The position numbers and the translations under genes were made by a program. 64,000 bases of DNA from an uncultured Candidatus Rokubacteria bacterium. Lineage in GTDB: Bacteria; Methylomirabilota; Methylomirabilia; Rokubacteriales; CSP1-6. Below are positions 49,417 through 59,064 of this stretch, one piece after another (the stretch's first letter is position 1; each line of letters starts with the position of its first letter). Below the pieces are notes generated by a model, which had not been told where the DNA came from, did not search any database, and worked only from the letters and a program-made list of their open reading frames with translations. The stretch is taken from contig CAVWFS010000014.1 in assembly GCA_963754315.1 (NCBI GenBank), positions 192,001 to 256,000 of the forward strand, written 5' to 3'.

Positions 49417-51228
49417 CTAGGAGACCGCGGGAGGACCGAAGTAACCGTTGCGGTGGAACATGCGGAGGGCGGCGCGGGGCTCGGCGCGGCGGCGGGCGGT
49501 AAGGTCAAGGTCGACGAGGCCGGTCGTCTCGTCAAGGACGACGCCGTAGTCTTCAGCGGCGGCGCGGCCGGAGACGAAGCCACCGAGCACGTCCTGGCGT
49601 ACGCGCTCCACCGGCCGCCGAAAGGGGTCACCCCAGCCCCCTCCCCCACTCGTGTGCAGGCGCACCACGTCGCCCTTCCTGATCACGTTGCCGTCCGACA
49701 TGGGAGCCAGCGCGCGCTCGTCGGCACGCCCGGGGTTGACGAGGCAGCGTCCCGGCCGCCCCGCGTGGCCGCCATTGACGCCGGCGGGCGGAAAGAGGAT
49801 GTTGTCCTGCCGGATGGCGACGACCGCCTCGTCGGCCAGCAGCTCGATTTCGCGCACGACCCCACAACCGCCGCGGTAGAGCCCAGGGCCTCCGGAGTCC
49901 TGATGGAGGGCGTACTGTCGAAGACGCATGGGAAAGACCATCTCCATGAACTCCGCCGGGTAATTCTTCTGGGCCACGTAGTAGATCGCGTCAAGGCCGT
50001 CGGCGAAGGGTCGGGCGCCGTAGCCGACCGCCACCCCGTCGCTGCACAGGAAGGGCTCGTTGCGCGCCTGGTCGAAGCCGCGCAGGAAGTAGATGTTGTA
50101 CACCGAGCTGGGCGCCGGCGCCTGTCCGCCGGTGGCGAGCGCGAGGACGGCCAGGATGTTCGACTGCACCCGCGAGGCCGTGTGCATGCGGTTGCCAAGC
50201 GCCGCCGGCCAGTGCGGTCGCAGGATGCTTCCCGGGCGCACCAGCACCTCGTCCACGGCGTCTTGGGCGCCGTCGTTGAGGAGTACGGTGGGGTGTCCCG
50301 AGAGCAGGTAAATGCCGATGATGAGCTTGGGCACGCTCTCGTGCATGAGGAAATTGATGGGGCCCCGCGCCTGGTCGTCGCTCTTGCGGGTATCGATGGT
50401 GATCCGGCCGCCCTCCTTCGCGAGCTGCATGCGCACCTTGTACGGCCGACCCGTCATGCCGTCGCCGTCTACCGCGTCCTCGCTGGCGTAGACCCCGTCG
50501 GGGATGCGCGCCTCCAAGGTCTTTCGAATGGTATCGCGGCACTGCTGCTCGAAAGCCGTCCAGGTATCGAGCACGACCTCCGCTCCGAAGCGCTCGAGCA
50601 ACTCCTGCACGCGCCGCTCGCCGAGCCGGCACCCGGCGAGTACCGCGCGGATGTCGCCCTGCAGGATGTCCGGGAATCGGGAGTTGCGGACGAACACGCG
50701 GAAGGCCTCGTCGTTGAGCACGCCCTCGCGGTAGATGCGAATGGGCGGCACGATGATCCCTTCGTGGAAAATCTCGGTGGCGTCAGGGGAAATGCTGCCC
50801 GCGCGCAGCCCTCCGATGTCCCAAAAGTGGCCCCACGTCTGGGAGAACGCCAGAAGTCGGCCGCGGTGGAACACGGGGGCCGCGAAGACCATGTCCGGCG
50901 AGTGCGAGACGCCGCCGCGCGAGCCGTGACAGTCGTTGTACCAGTAGATATCGCCCGCGCGCATCGTCTTGGCCGGATACTGCTCGAAGATGGCCGGCAT
51001 CAGGTTGCCGAAGAGCGGGATCATCGTTCCGCACACCACCCGCCCCCGCCCGTCGAGGATGCCCGCGAAGTAGTCCTTCTTTTCCCGGATGAAGGGCGAC
51101 ATGGCCGTGCGCTCGATCACCGCTTCCATCTCGGCCTGGGCCGCCCGCAGCGCCCCCCGGATGATCTCGCGCGTGACCGGATCGCCCTCCACGATCCGCT
51201 CCTTCGCCCCCCGTCTGCGTCTCTTCAC
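49417..51228 (-). CDS. Hydantoinase B / 5-oxoprolinase subunit
   Basis: ERTAMSPFIREKKD, HSPD, GHFWDIGG...ATEIFHEG, DSGGPGLYRGG, TSGGGGWGDP. Confidence 0.92.
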   Translation of the reverse strand: MKRRRRGAKERIVEGDPVTREIIRGALRAAQAEMEAVIERTAMSPFIREKKDYFAGILDGRGRVVCGTMIPLFGNLMPAIFEQYPAKTMRAGDIYWYNDCHGSRGGVSHSPDMVFAAPVFHRGRLLAFSQTWGHFWDIGGLRAGSISPDATEIFHEGIIVPPIRIYREGVLNDEAFRVFVRNSRFPDILQGDIRAVLAGCRLGERRVQELLERFGAEVVLDTWTAFEQQCRDTIRKTLEARIPDGVYASEDAVDGDGMTGRPYKVRMQLAKEGGRITIDTRKSDDQARGPINFLMHESVPKLIIGIYLLSGHPTVLLNDGAQDAVDEVLVRPGSILRPHWPAALGNRMHTASRVQSNILAVLALATGGQAPAPSSVYNIYFLRGFDQARNEPFLCSDGVAVGYGARPFADGLDAIYYVAQKNYPAEFMEMVFPMRLRQYALHQDSGGPGLYRGGCGVVREIELLADEAVVAIRQDNILFPPAGVNGGHAGRPGRCLVNPGRADERALAPMSDGNVIRKGDVVRLHTSGGGGWGDPFRRPVERVRQDVLGGFVSGRAAAEDYGVVLDETTGLVDLDLTARRRAEPRAALRMFHRNGYFGPPAVS

Positions 51229-51238
51229 GAGGCCTCGT

Positions 51239-52230
51239 CTATTCGATGACCTTGTCCGCCTGCAGCAACAGGGTCTGAGGAATGCTCAATCCGAGCGCCT
51301 TCGCCGTCCTCAGGTTGATGGCGAGCTCGAACTTGGTCGGTTGCTGAACTGGGAGATCGGCTGGGGTGGCGCCCTTGAGGATCCGGTCGACATAGCTGGC
51401 AGCACGGCGATAGTTCTCAGCGAAGCCCGGCCCGTAGGCGAGGAGGCCACCGATCTCGGCGAACTCCTTCCTGATATACATGGCCGGCACGCGACTCTTG
51501 GCCGCCAGCCTGGAAATTTGATCGAGTTCGTTGCCGATCATCGGGTCGGGCAGGACGAGGAGCCCCCGGCGCGCCACCCCGCCAGCGCCGAAAAAGCGCC
51601 CGCCAATTCGTTCGGCTGGCGCACTTCCAGGAGTTGCAGCTCCAGGGCCAGGGCCCTGGCCGCCTCGCGCGCTGCCTGGAGCGCGTCTGCAGCCGCCGGA
51701 TTCACCGGGTTGTACATGATCGTGACGCGCGAGAGCTTTGGCACCGCCGCCTTGAGTAGCTCGAGCTGTTTCGCGCTCAGCTCGGGAGTAATGATGGACA
51801 TCCCCGTCGCATTCCCGCCCGGACGGGCGAGGCTGGCCACGAGTCCACTCGTCACCGGGTCGCCTGCCGTCGCGAACACGATCGGCACCGTCGCCGTTTG
51901 CGCCTTGGCCACCTGCGCCGAGGTCGTTCCGCCGACCACCAGGATCTCCGCTTTGAGCCGGATGAGCTCGGCCGCGAAGCCCGAGACCCGGTCCAGATCC
52001 CCTTGCACATGGCGATACTCGACGACGATGCTCTGGCCCTCGACGTACCCGAGGTCGCGAAGTCCCTGACGGAATGCCACCACGAAGGGATGAGCCGCGG
52101 AAAACTCGCTGATCATTCCGATCCGCGGGACTCTTCCCGCCGGCTGTGCCACGGCGCCATGCGCAACGACGAGGACCGCCAAAGCCACGAGAACGATCCG
52201 GACCGCGATGCCCCTCTGCCACGCCTTCAT
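51239..52230 (-). CDS. ABC_sub_bind-type substrate-binding protein, frameshifted at C5 51563-51567
   Basis: AFRQGLRDLGYVEGQSI.VEYR, TVPIVF..AGDPV.SGLVASLARPGGNATG, KQLELLK; then RRAASYVDRILKGA.PADLPVQQPTKFELAINLRTAKALGL. Confidence 0.9.
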
Positions 52231-52233
52231 TCT

Positions 52234-52380
52234 CGGGTCCCCCGGCGCGCCCCGAGCGCCCGGCGGCGTGGGCGGCCTGTTCGGGACCCCAAAATGCTCG
52301 CGTGTTCCCGAGGGGCGCCACGGGTTCCCCGGGGCGACCCGAGCGCCGGGGGCGTGGGGGGCCTGTTCGGGGCCCCCCAA
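52234..52380. repeat. Two imperfect tandem copies of a ~60-bp GC-rich palindromic element
   Basis: 52234-52292 and 52321-52380 share cgggt.cccc...ccgagcgcc...gcgtggg.ggcctgttcggg.cccc; hairpin tggggggcc-N7-ggcccccca. Confidence 0.8.
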
Positions 52381-54412
52381 TAATCAGATTTCCATAACGA
52401 TCCACGGTGGCGCGCTGGCCGGGCAAGATCACGGTGGTCGCATCGAGCTGCTCCACCACCGCGGGGCCGGTCAGCCGCGCCCCCGCCGACAGTGCCTCGC
52501 GCTCGTGGCAGGCGCACGCGAGCCACCCTCGGCCTCGAAAGTAGACGGGTCGACGCTCGATTCGCGGGCGGTGCGCGCGCCGCGACGTGGGCAAGCGGGG
52601 CAGCGCAAAGCGTCTCACCGTGCCCCTCGCCGCGACGCGCAGGGTGACGATCTCCACCGGGGCGTCGGGAAGCGCGTACGTGTAGAGCGTCTCGTGGCGC
52701 CCATGAAACCGCGCGATGAGGGGCGCCAGGGCCAGATCACTCTCGTCCCACGGCACGGTGACCTCGAATCCTTGGTGGCGATAGCGCAGATCGGCCAGCC
52801 GCAGAAGACGACGATCGGCCATCGGCACACCCTCGCGCGCCAGCCAGGCGCGCGCTTCATCCTCCAGCTCGCCATAGATCGTCGCCACCGCCGCCAGATC
52901 GTAGCGTGGCGGCGTCTGCAAGCTCGTGCGCGCGTAGTCGTTGCGGACCTCGCTGCCGAGCAGCCCGAGCGCGGAGAGCACCCCCGGATGGCGCGGTACC
53001 ACCACCGTGCCCATTCCGAGCAGCGTGGCCAGCGCGCCGCCGTGCAACGGACCGGCGCCCCCGAAGGGCACCAGCGCACACGCGCGCGGGTCGTGGCCAC
53101 GCTCGACTGACACCAGGCGTATGGCGCCCACCATGGCGTTGTTGACGATGTCGAGGATGCCGCTGGCCGCCGCCTCCAGGCTGAGCCCGAGCGGCTGGGC
53201 CACCCGCTCGGCGATGGCCAAGCGGGCCCGCTCCACATCGAGCCTGATCTCCCCGCCCGCCAGATGTGGCGGAAGGCGACCAAGGACGAGATGGGCATCG
53301 GTCACGGTCGGCTCCTCGCCGCCCGCTGCGTAACAAACCGGGCCCGGTACCGCGCCCGCGCTCTCCGGGCCGACGGTCAGGGTGCCGTCGTCGGCCACGC
53401 GAGCGATGGAGCCGCCGCCGGCGCCGATGGTGTGGATGTCGATCATGGACACACCGAGCGGCCACGCTCCGATGGTGCCCTCGGTGGTGACCTGTGCCTC
53501 GCCGCCCCGGATCAAGCACACGTCCGCGCTGGTCCCGCCGACGTCGACGGAGATGACGTCGGGGAAGCCCGCCGCCGCCCCCACCAGCCGTGCGCCGATC
53601 ACGCCCGCGGCAGGCCCGCTCAGGGCAGTGTGGATCGCCTGTCGGTGTACCACCTCGGCCGCGACCACGCCACCGTTGGACTTCATGATGCGCAGTGGCG
53701 CCCCCACCCCGTAGGCGCGCAGCCGGGTCTCCAGCGTGCCTACGTAGCGGCCCACGAGCGGCTGCACGTAGGCGTTAAGCACGGTGGCCAGGGTCCGTTC
53801 ATACTCCCGGAAGACGGGCAGCACCTCCGACGACAGCGACACCGCACACTGGGGGTGTTCCTCCAGCACGATCTCGCGCGCCCGCCGCTCGTGGGCGGGA
53901 TTGGCGTAGGCGTGCAGGAAACAGATGGCGAGCGCATCGGCGCCCGCCGCTCGCAGCCGGCGAACGGCCTCCCGCACCGCCGCCGTGTCCAGCGGTGTGA
54001 GGACGTTGCCCTCCACGGTGACGCGCTCCGGGATCTCCACGATCAGCTCGGGCGGGACCGGGCGCGCCGGCTTCACCCACGCGAACATGTTGGCGCGGCG
54101 AGGGATGTCGTGGCGGCCGATCTCGAGCACGTAGCGAAAACCGATCGTGGTGAGCAGTCCCGTGCGGACGCCCTTGGCCTCGAGAATGGCATTGGTGGCG
54201 GTGGTGGTCCCGTGCAGCACCTGCCCGAGCGACTCCGGGCGCGCGCCGGCCAGGTGGAGGGCCTTGTCGACGCCGTTCAAGAAGCCTTCGGCCGGATCGT
54301 GGGGCGTTGTCGGCGTCTTGGTGATCCAGACGGCGCCGGTGGCCGGATCGGTCAAGGTCACGTCGGTGAAGGTGCCGCCAACGTCGAGGGCGATTGCCAA
54401 CCCGGATGGCAT
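52381..54412 (-). CDS. Hydantoinase A / 5-oxoprolinase ATP-binding subunit (3' end runs into the repeat; stop uncertain)
   Basis: DVGGTFTD, HGTTTATNA, REYER, SGPAAGV, DVGGTSADV, IGAGGGS, GPESAGA.PGP, FGGAG.LH, GPAVVEQ..AT, D.YGNLII. Confidence 0.92.
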
Positions 54413-54421
54413 GACGGCGCC

Positions 54422-54472
54422 ATACTGCGCGACGCGCTCTGGGCTGTCAACGGAGGGCGGCGGCAGTAGACT
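54422..54472. promoter_or_regulatory. Divergent sigma70-type promoters for hydantoinase A and pcm
   Basis: Minus strand TTGACA-17 nt-CAGTAT, 9 nt before ATG 54412; plus strand TAGACT 8 nt before ATG 54481. Confidence 0.55.
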
Positions 54473-54480
54473 GGCTCACG

Positions 54481-55218
54481 ATGACTCACCCACGCGCAGC
54501 GGTGGCCATCCTGACGGCGGTGAGTATCGTGGTCGCGTTCACCGTTACCGGCGAGGGTCAACGCCGCCCCTCGGGAGCAAGCCCGGACGAGCAACGCAAG
54601 ACGATGGTGTTCACGCAGATCAGTTCCCGCGGGGTCACGAATCCCCTCGTGCTCAAGGCAATGCGCGAGGTCCCCCGTCACCTGTTCGTGCCCGAGGCCC
54701 AGCAGGCGCATGCCTACGAGGACCGTGCCCTGCCGGTGGGCGAGGGACAGACGATCTCCCAGCCGTACATCGTCGCGCTGATGACGGAGCTAGCGCGCGT
54801 CGAGCCCGGGCACAAGGTCCTCGAGGTGGGCACCGGATCCGGTTACCAGGCGGCCATCCTGGCCCAGATGGGGGCCTCGGTACACACGATCGAGATCATC
54901 CCGCCCCTCGCCCAGCGCGCGCGCGCAACCCTCGATTCCGTCGGCTACCGGAACATACAGTACAGGGTGGGAGACGGCTATCGCGGCTGGCCTGAGGCGG
55001 CTCCCTTTGACGCCATCCTCGTGACCGCGGCGCCCGATCACGTCCCTCAGCCGCTCGTGGACCAGCTCGCGATCGGAGGACATCTCGTGGTCCCGGTCGG
55101 AGGCTCCCAGCAGACGCTGATGGTCATCACACGCACCGGCGATGGAACCCGTAGCGAGCGGACCATTCCGGTCCTGTTCGTTCCCATGAAGGGCGAGGCC
55201 GAGCGCGGCCGCCGCTGA
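54481..55218 (+). CDS. pcm: Protein-L-isoaspartate O-methyltransferase with N-terminal hydrophobic leader
   Basis: VPRHLFVP, QTISQPYIV, VLEVGTGSGYQAA, GDGYRGWPEAAPFDAI.VTAA, FVPM. Confidence 0.95.
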   Translation: MTHPRAAVAILTAVSIVVAFTVTGEGQRRPSGASPDEQRKTMVFTQISSRGVTNPLVLKAMREVPRHLFVPEAQQAHAYEDRALPVGEGQTISQPYIVALMTELARVEPGHKVLEVGTGSGYQAAILAQMGASVHTIEIIPPLAQRARATLDSVGYRNIQYRVGDGYRGWPEAAPFDAILVTAAPDHVPQPLVDQLAIGGHLVVPVGGSQQTLMVITRTGDGTRSERTIPVLFVPMKGEAERGRR

Positions 55219-55235
55219 CGACCTTCGACCAGCCT

Positions 55236-56201
55236 CTAGTGCCCATAGACTTCCTCCAGAAGGGCGGCCAGGCGATAGCCGGCCCGGGCTACGCGCTCGA
55301 TCGCCACGGGTGACGCCCACTGGGTATAGGCCGCCGGTGGGTCTTGCCCGCGGCGCAAGGTCGGCGGATAGGCGCGTTTCGCCTCCTCCAGCGACTCCCG
55401 GGCCCAGTCCTCGAACTTGCCGGGCTTGAGATCGCCCTCCAAAGAGACTCGAGGATGTCGGGCGACCACGAGGGCGGCCGCCCGTGCCAAGTAGGCCCCG
55501 GTCGATTCGTTTGGATACCGAGGGATGGCTTGGTCAAGCATCCGGTCCCAGTAAGTGTGAAGGTCCTCGGTCGACGGGCCGAGCCGAAACAAGTTCCCGC
55601 CCCGATCACCGTCGGGTTCCCGGCGCGTTACCCGAGAGCCGCCATGAAGCGGCTGATGGACGTCCCCTACTAAATGCAGCAGCCACCCCTGCGCAATCGC
55701 GCGTTCTCCCATGGAGTTCCCCGGCGCCTTGAGCACGCCGCGGAAGTGCTGGAGGCGCTCGACGACATTCTCGGAATTGACGGGCAAGCCCGGCAGGTCT
55801 ACTGGTCCGTTCGGACCCTGCCTCCAGAAGAAGTGCTGATAGTGCCAGGTCGGGCGATGGTACGTGCGTCGATCGGCAATCTCCAGATAGCGCACACGAT
55901 CCGGCCAGGTGCTGGCACGGCGGAAGAACTCGCGCTGGCGGGCCGGCCATGGGCGCTTGTCCTGCGACAACAGCCGCGCCAAGCCCGCATCGGGCGGCGC
56001 CTGGCGCAGGATGTCGATGACCGTTCCCCGTGTGGAGTCCGACAGTCGCTCCCAGGCGATGAGAGCGATGATCTGATGCGCGGTATCGTTCCACGCCTGC
56101 GCGGAGTGAGCGCTCGCTAGCAGCAGGCCGACCACGATAAGGAGCATCGCAGGCACGGCGATCAGCCATCGAAGTCGAGGGCGAGTCGAATGGTGGCGCA
56201 T
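55236..56201 (-). CDS. Secreted S1/P1 nuclease (start uncertain, 56201 or 56147)
   Basis: AQA-WNDTAH, STWPD, WHY, HLVGDVHQPLH, DRGGN, LHTYWD, AGYRLA. Confidence 0.92.
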   Translation of the reverse strand: MRHHSTRPRLRWLIAVPAMLLIVVGLLLASAHSAQAWNDTAHQIIALIAWERLSDSTRGTVIDILRQAPPDAGLARLLSQDKRPWPARQREFFRRASTWPDRVRYLEIADRRTYHRPTWHYQHFFWRQGPNGPVDLPGLPVNSENVVERLQHFRGVLKAPGNSMGERAIAQGWLLHLVGDVHQPLHGGSRVTRREPDGDRGGNLFRLGPSTEDLHTYWDRMLDQAIPRYPNESTGAYLARAAALVVARHPRVSLEGDLKPGKFEDWARESLEEAKRAYPPTLRRGQDPPAAYTQWASPVAIERVARAGYRLAALLEEVYGH

Positions 56202-56352
56202 GTGACGAAGCGCACCATCGACGAAAGTCACGAGTCGCGGGACGACCATCTCGCTGAGACGATCCCACAACGCGAGAAGGTCAGCAACGCCAGGCGCCGT
56301 CAAAGCGAGCATGGACCGTTGTCTCTGCTCATGGTATGACCGGGGAGCAGCC

Positions 56353-57414
56353 ATGGAATTCGGTCTTCAGTTCTTTCCCGACGTTAACCCCGCCGAGCGT
56401 GCGGCTGCGGCGTACTGGGACGACGCCCTCCACTTGACGGGACTCGCAGACGAGTTGGGCTACACCACCGTGCGCACGGTGGAGCACTACTTCCACCCCT
56501 ATGGCGGCTACAGCCCGGATCCCATCGTATTCCTGGCCGCCGCCTCTCAGCGCACGCGCAGGGCGCGGCTGGTGACGGGCGCCGTGCTACCGATCTTCAA
56601 CAATCCGCTCAAGCTGGCCGGGCAGATCGGCATGCTCGACGCGATCTCTGCGGGCCGCCTCGACGTGGGCTTCGCTCGCGCCTTTCTGCCGCACGAGTTC
56701 GCTCGATTCGGACGCTCCCTCGACGAGAGCCGGGCCCGCTTCGAGGAGGGCATCGAGCAGGTCCGGCGGTTGCTCGAGGATCAGAATGTGAGCATGGAGG
56801 GGCGCTTCCACCGCTTCCGCAACGTGACGTCGCTGCCACGGCCCACCCAGAAGCCGCGGCCGCCCTTCTATGTGGCCGCGCTGAACACCGAGGAATCGTT
56901 CGTGTGGGCGGGCACGCATGGCCACGGGGTCATGGCCATTCCCATGGGCGGCAGCAAGCTGCGCGACTTGCTCGCCGCCTATCGCGATGCCTGGCGATCG
57001 TCGGGTCGCCCCGGTCGGGGCACGGTCATGCTGGCTTTTCACATGCTCTGCCATGAGGACGCGGTCGAGGCAGTACGGATCGCGCGGGAGCCGCTGAACC
57101 GGTATCTACGCTCGCTGGTCGACGCGGCCTCGGACTGGACGGGCGACGCCCGCTCCGAAAGCTATCCGGGCTACGACAAGATCATCGCCGGGCTCGCCGA
57201 GCAGACCTTCGAGATGCAGGTGGCAAGCCGCTCGGCGTGGGTGGGCTCACCGGCCGGGATCGTCGGGCAGATCCGCGACTATGTCGCCGAGGTGGGCGGC
57301 TTCGAGCACGCGTCCTTGCAGGTGAACTTCAATACCGTCGGCCGCGTGGAGGCAGAAGCGTCGATGCGCCTGTTCGCGCGCGAGGTGATGCCACGCGTTC
57401 GCGAGGTGGTATAA
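56353..57414 (+). CDS. LLM-class flavin-dependent oxidoreductase
   Basis: ADELGY...VEHYF..YGG.SPDP, MLDAISAGRLDVGFAR, PRPTQKPRPP, LFAREVMP. Confidence 0.92.
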   Translation: MEFGLQFFPDVNPAERAAAAYWDDALHLTGLADELGYTTVRTVEHYFHPYGGYSPDPIVFLAAASQRTRRARLVTGAVLPIFNNPLKLAGQIGMLDAISAGRLDVGFARAFLPHEFARFGRSLDESRARFEEGIEQVRRLLEDQNVSMEGRFHRFRNVTSLPRPTQKPRPPFYVAALNTEESFVWAGTHGHGVMAIPMGGSKLRDLLAAYRDAWRSSGRPGRGTVMLAFHMLCHEDAVEAVRIAREPLNRYLRSLVDAASDWTGDARSESYPGYDKIIAGLAEQTFEMQVASRSAWVGSPAGIVGQIRDYVAEVGGFEHASLQVNFNTVGRVEAEASMRLFAREVMPRVREVV

Positions 57415-57432
57415 GCCAGCTGGGCACGGGCA

Positions 57433-58707
57433 ATGCGGAGGCTGCGGACGCAGGTGGTCATCGTCGGGGCGGGCCCCAGTGGCCTGTTGCTCTCCCACCT
57501 GCTCGCGCGGCGGGGTGTGGACTCCGTCGTGATCGAGCGGCGCACACGGGAGTACGTCGAGCAGCGCGTGCGGGCCGGGCTCCTCGAACAGGGCACCATC
57601 GATGTGCTTCGCGACGCGGGGCTGGCCGACCGGCTGGACCGCGAAGGCCTGGTGCACGAGGGCTTCGAGCTTCGGTTCGACGGCGGCCAGCACCGTGTGC
57701 CGTTCACCGAGCTGACCGGATGGACGACCTGCATGTACGGGCAACAAGAGGTCGTCAAGGATCTGATCAGGGCACGCGAGGCGGCCGGCGGCCAGCTCTA
57801 CTTCGGCATCACCGACGTTGCCCCCATAGACGTGCAGACCGACGCGCCACGGGTGCGCTGCACGGTCGAGGGCGAGCCCATGGAGATTGCCGGTGACTTC
57901 GTGGCCGGCTGTGACGGCTTCCACGGCGTCTGCCGCCACAGCGTGCCGGCGGGTACGTTCACGACGTATGAGCACACGTACCCCTTCGCCTGGTTGGGCA
58001 TCCTGGCAGAGGTCGCGCCGTCCACGGAGGAGCTGATCTATGGCGTGCACGACCGGGGATTCGCGTTGCACAGCATGCGGTCGCCGACGATCAGCCGGCT
58101 CTACTTGCAGGTAGCACCAGCGGAGCCGCTCGCGGACTGGCCGGATCACCGGATCTGGGCCGAGCTACGGACGAGGCTGGCCCTCGATGACCAGGAGGGT
58201 CTGAACGAAGGGCCCATCCTGTCCCGCGGCGTGACCGAGATGCGCAGCTTCGTGCTCGAACCGATGCAGTACGGACGCCTCTTCCTGGCCGGGGATGCGG
58301 CGCATATCGTGCCGCCCAGCGCCGCCAAGGGGCTCAACCTGGCGGTGGCGGACGTCGGGCTCCTGGCCGCAGCCCTCACTGCCTGGTACGCCAACGGTAG
58401 CTGGGAACTGCTGGACGGCTACTCACGGGACTGTCTCGCGGCCGTGTGGCAGGGACAGGAGTTCTCTGCGTTGATGACCTCCCTGCTGCATCGCTTTCCG
58501 GGCGAGGACCGTTACGCGGTCAAGCTGCGACGGGCGCGGCTATGGGAGCTCGTCGTGTCGCGGGCGGCGGCGACGGCCTTCGCCGAACAGTACGTCGGCC
58601 TGGCGCGTGCTCGGCTCACCCCGCCCGCTCGGGGAGAGTCTTCCCTGAGGCCGCCACCGAGCTGTACCGGCCCTGCCGCGCCAAGGGCGCCAGTGTTCGC
58701 AAATTGA
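57433..58707 (+). CDS. pobA: 4-hydroxybenzoate 3-monooxygenase with extended C-terminus
   Basis: IVGAGPSGLLL, RAGLLEQG, YGQQEVVKDL, GCDGFHGVCR, YPFAWLGIL, LAGDAAHIVPP..AKGLNLA, AEQYVGL. Confidence 0.92.
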   Translation: MRRLRTQVVIVGAGPSGLLLSHLLARRGVDSVVIERRTREYVEQRVRAGLLEQGTIDVLRDAGLADRLDREGLVHEGFELRFDGGQHRVPFTELTGWTTCMYGQQEVVKDLIRAREAAGGQLYFGITDVAPIDVQTDAPRVRCTVEGEPMEIAGDFVAGCDGFHGVCRHSVPAGTFTTYEHTYPFAWLGILAEVAPSTEELIYGVHDRGFALHSMRSPTISRLYLQVAPAEPLADWPDHRIWAELRTRLALDDQEGLNEGPILSRGVTEMRSFVLEPMQYGRLFLAGDAAHIVPPSAAKGLNLAVADVGLLAAALTAWYANGSWELLDGYSRDCLAAVWQGQEFSALMTSLLHRFPGEDRYAVKLRRARLWELVVSRAAATAFAEQYVGLARARLTPPARGESSLRPPPSCTGPAAPRAPVFAN

Positions 58708-58847
58708 TTGACTGCCTGATCGCCGCCGTGGCCATCCGCGACGGGGCAACCTTGCTCCACAACGACCGCGACTACGACGTGCTGGGGCGCCACACGCGCC
58801 TCCGGACAGAGCGTTACCGGACCCTGCGGGTCGTCCCGCCGCGCTGA
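58625..58847 (+). pseudogene. C-terminal half of a VapC/PIN toxin
   Basis: ELYRPCRAKGASVRKLIDCLIAAVAIRDGATLLHNDRDYDVL; no N-terminal half and no antitoxin. Confidence 0.8.
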
Positions 58848-59064
58848 AGCCTCCCTATCCCCGCGGCGATGATCGGATGGAATGTCGCGGGTCAGACCAT
58901 GGTCTTTGACCTTGGCAAATTCTCCGCCGGCGATATCGGGCAGACTGCTGTCGGCGCCAGCCGCCCGACCGACGGCGCGATCGCCGCTCGCGCCGCCGCG
59001 CGCTTGATAATCGACGAGGTTCTGGGACAAGCTGGGGGCCAACTCTGCCGAGGAGGCTTGCTCA

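Noticed and set aside
51239..54412. 1057-aa hydantoinase A / binding-protein fusion
   Set aside because: The middle is out-of-frame low-complexity sequence; the ORF arises from read-through of the repeat plus the indel at 51563-51567
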